Shown in pieces: positions 61,920 to 64,000 of a stretch of DNA of 64,000 nucleotides (the first letter of the stretch is position 1; each line of letters begins with the position of its first letter). Origin of the DNA: Octopus sinensis (lineage: Eukaryota); contig NC_042998.1 of assembly GCF_006345805.1 (NCBI RefSeq), positions 171,182,001-171,246,000 on the forward strand, in the 5' to 3' direction. The translations under genes were made by a program, and so were the position numbers. The notes below the pieces were generated by a model. It worked only from the letters and a program-made list of their open reading frames with translations. It made no database searches and had not been told where the DNA came from.

Positions 61920-62109
61920 GTATGTATGTATGTATGCGTGTGCATGTTTGTGTGCGTAATTTTGTCCTCCCACCATCGCTTGACAACCGATGCAGTCAGA
62001 GAAAAGTAAAGAGTAAAACAATAAAGAATTATATATATGTATGCATATATCTGTATGTATATTTGTATGTATGTATATATATGTATATATTTTTATCTAT
62101 GTATACTTT

Positions 62110-63200
62110 GATAGGTTTCGGCCATTATTGGCCCAGGCCATGTCTAACTTAATAGCACCACCTGGTGAAGTCTTTCAAGTCAGAATTTGGGCACTATGGC
62201 CCACTCAAGTAGAGAGTTATTGTTTACAGAGACATATCCGGGTGTAGGGGGTTTATCCGGGATTTCTTGAAGGAATCTGTCCAAAGACTTCTTGAACCCT
62301 ATAGGGTCAGTTTCTGTTTTAATGTGTTTTGGTGTAATGTTAAAGAGAGCGGGGCCAATTGAGGTGAAATAATTGTGCCGTATTGTTGTTATGAGATGAG
62401 AGTGCGATTTTTGTTTGGGGGATGGCACGGGGCCCAAGCCTGGATGTACCCTAAAGGTGATGCCAACATCATTTGAGCAATGCTGATGGAATATTTTCCA
62501 CATCATGCAGATGATGTAGCGCTCACGACGACGTTGGAGAGAATAAAGTTTTAGCTTTTCTAGTCGACCCCAATAGTCGAGGCCTGTCATGCCATCTATC
62601 TTTTTTGTGATTGCCCTTTGAGGTGCTTCAACTTTTATGATACCTTGTATTGTGTGGGGAGACCACAGTGGACAACAGTATTCAAGGTGGGGTCGGGCAA
62701 AAGTGGAGAAGAGAAGGATAATGGTGTGGATATCTCTCGACTGGAAAGTTCTGAGAATCCAGGAACACATTCTGCGAGCCATGTCAACTTTGGTGCTTAT
62801 ATGAGTGGCCCAGCTTATGTTGTTGTCCACAATTACTCCCAAGTCTCTGATGTTGTTGGACGCCGCGAGAGTTTCACCTGAAGGAAGGGAGTATGGGAGT
62901 TTCAGGGCATCCTCTTTTCCAAAGTGGATTAACTCAAATTTATCCTCGTTCAGCAGCATATTGTTTTTTTCTGCCCATTGGATAACAGCCAGTAGATCTG
63001 ACTGAAGGCATGTCCGGTCAATCGCCTCATTTATGACCTTCTGTAGCTTGGAATCATCTGCAAAAATTTTTATGTTGCTGTGCTTGATGATGTCATTAAT
63101 GTCATTAATGTAAATGATGAAAAGAAGTGGGCCCAGCACAGTGCCTTGCGGAACGCCACTACTGACTTTGGCTGGGCTTGATTTTACCCCTTCAACTGCA
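62110..63200 (-). mobile_element. CR1-clade LINE, 5'-truncated, open RT frame
   Basis: [20 protein letters not shown]...IFADDSKL...[11 protein letters not shown]; 5' end abuts a TA-rich microsatellite. Confidence 0.92.
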
Positions 63201-63674
63201 ACATATATGTGTATATATATATATATGTGTGTGTATATATATATATGTGTGTATATATATGTATATATGTATGTATATGTATACAGGTATATGCTTGTAT
63301 GTATATGTATATATACGTTTATATGTATATATGTATAATACATGTATATATGTATATATACGTATATATATGTATATATATTTATTATATATATATATGT
63401 ATATATATATATATGTATCGATATATATATGTGTGGTATATATATTATACATATGTATATATATATATATATATGTATGTATATATATGTATATATATAT
63501 ATGTATCTATGTATATGTATATATAATATATATATATGATATATATGGGTACATATGTATATTAATGTATATATATATATATATATATATTGTATATATA
63601 CATATATATATGTATATATTGTATATATATGTATATGTATATATATGTATATGTATATATATGTATATAATATA

Positions 63675-63721
<47 letters not shown>

Positions 63722-63739
63722 ATATATATATATATATGT

Positions 63740-63995
63740 GGAGGCGCAATGGCCCAGTGGAATCGCAGTCGGAGGATCGCAGTTTCGTTTTCCAGACCGG
63801 ACGTTGTGTGTGTTTATTGAGGGAAACACCTAAAGCTCCACAAGGTTCCGGCAGGGGGTGTTGGCGACCCCTGTTGCACTCTTTCGCCCCAACTTTCTCT
63901 CACTCATTCTTCCTGTTACGTATTATCTGGATTGGCCACAGAAACCGGGAAACCGGGCCCATGAGCCTGGTTAGGCTTGAAAAGGGCGCAAAAAA
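63740..63995 (+). mobile_element. tRNA-derived SINE (family D)
   Basis: GGAGGCGCAATGGCCCAGTGG head; matches 41677-41980. Confidence 0.75.
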
Positions 63996-64000
63996 TGTAT

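Noticed and set aside
63200-63829. N-terminal part of the 549-aa ORF 62180..63829
   Set aside because: It is microsatellite read-through; only the CR1 RT part is real.

Overview
AT-rich, microsatellite-dense animal genomic DNA. The repeat landscape (tRNA-derived SINEs, RTE/CR1/R4 LINE fragments, Penelope-like LTR remnants, Tc1/mariner, Tigger, hAT, MITEs) suggests an octopod cephalopod; this is inference, not verified. I can support one protein-coding gene: a six-exon OSTM1 orthologue on + (CDS 24980-43423, 987 nt, 328 aa) with all splice phases consistent and an MITF/TFE M-box upstream. The rest is mostly decayed transposons. Main result: small non-coding Penelope-like elements carry two kinds of hammerhead-ribozyme motif. 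The first is the canonical minimal type I (21549-21594, 50811-50841, 51926-51960). The second is a rearranged form in which the three core strands occur in reverse cyclic order (NUH site, then GAAA, then CUGANGA) inside a six-helix scaffold. That scaffold shows compensatory changes between copies (61172-61336, 50196-50337, 34077-34211) and recurs in an element with no evident sequence similarity (57615-57713). I know of no described hammerhead type with this connectivity. It may act as an obligate loop-into-junction dimer. All structures were paired by eye and none has been tested for cleavage. Most transposon boundaries are approximate.
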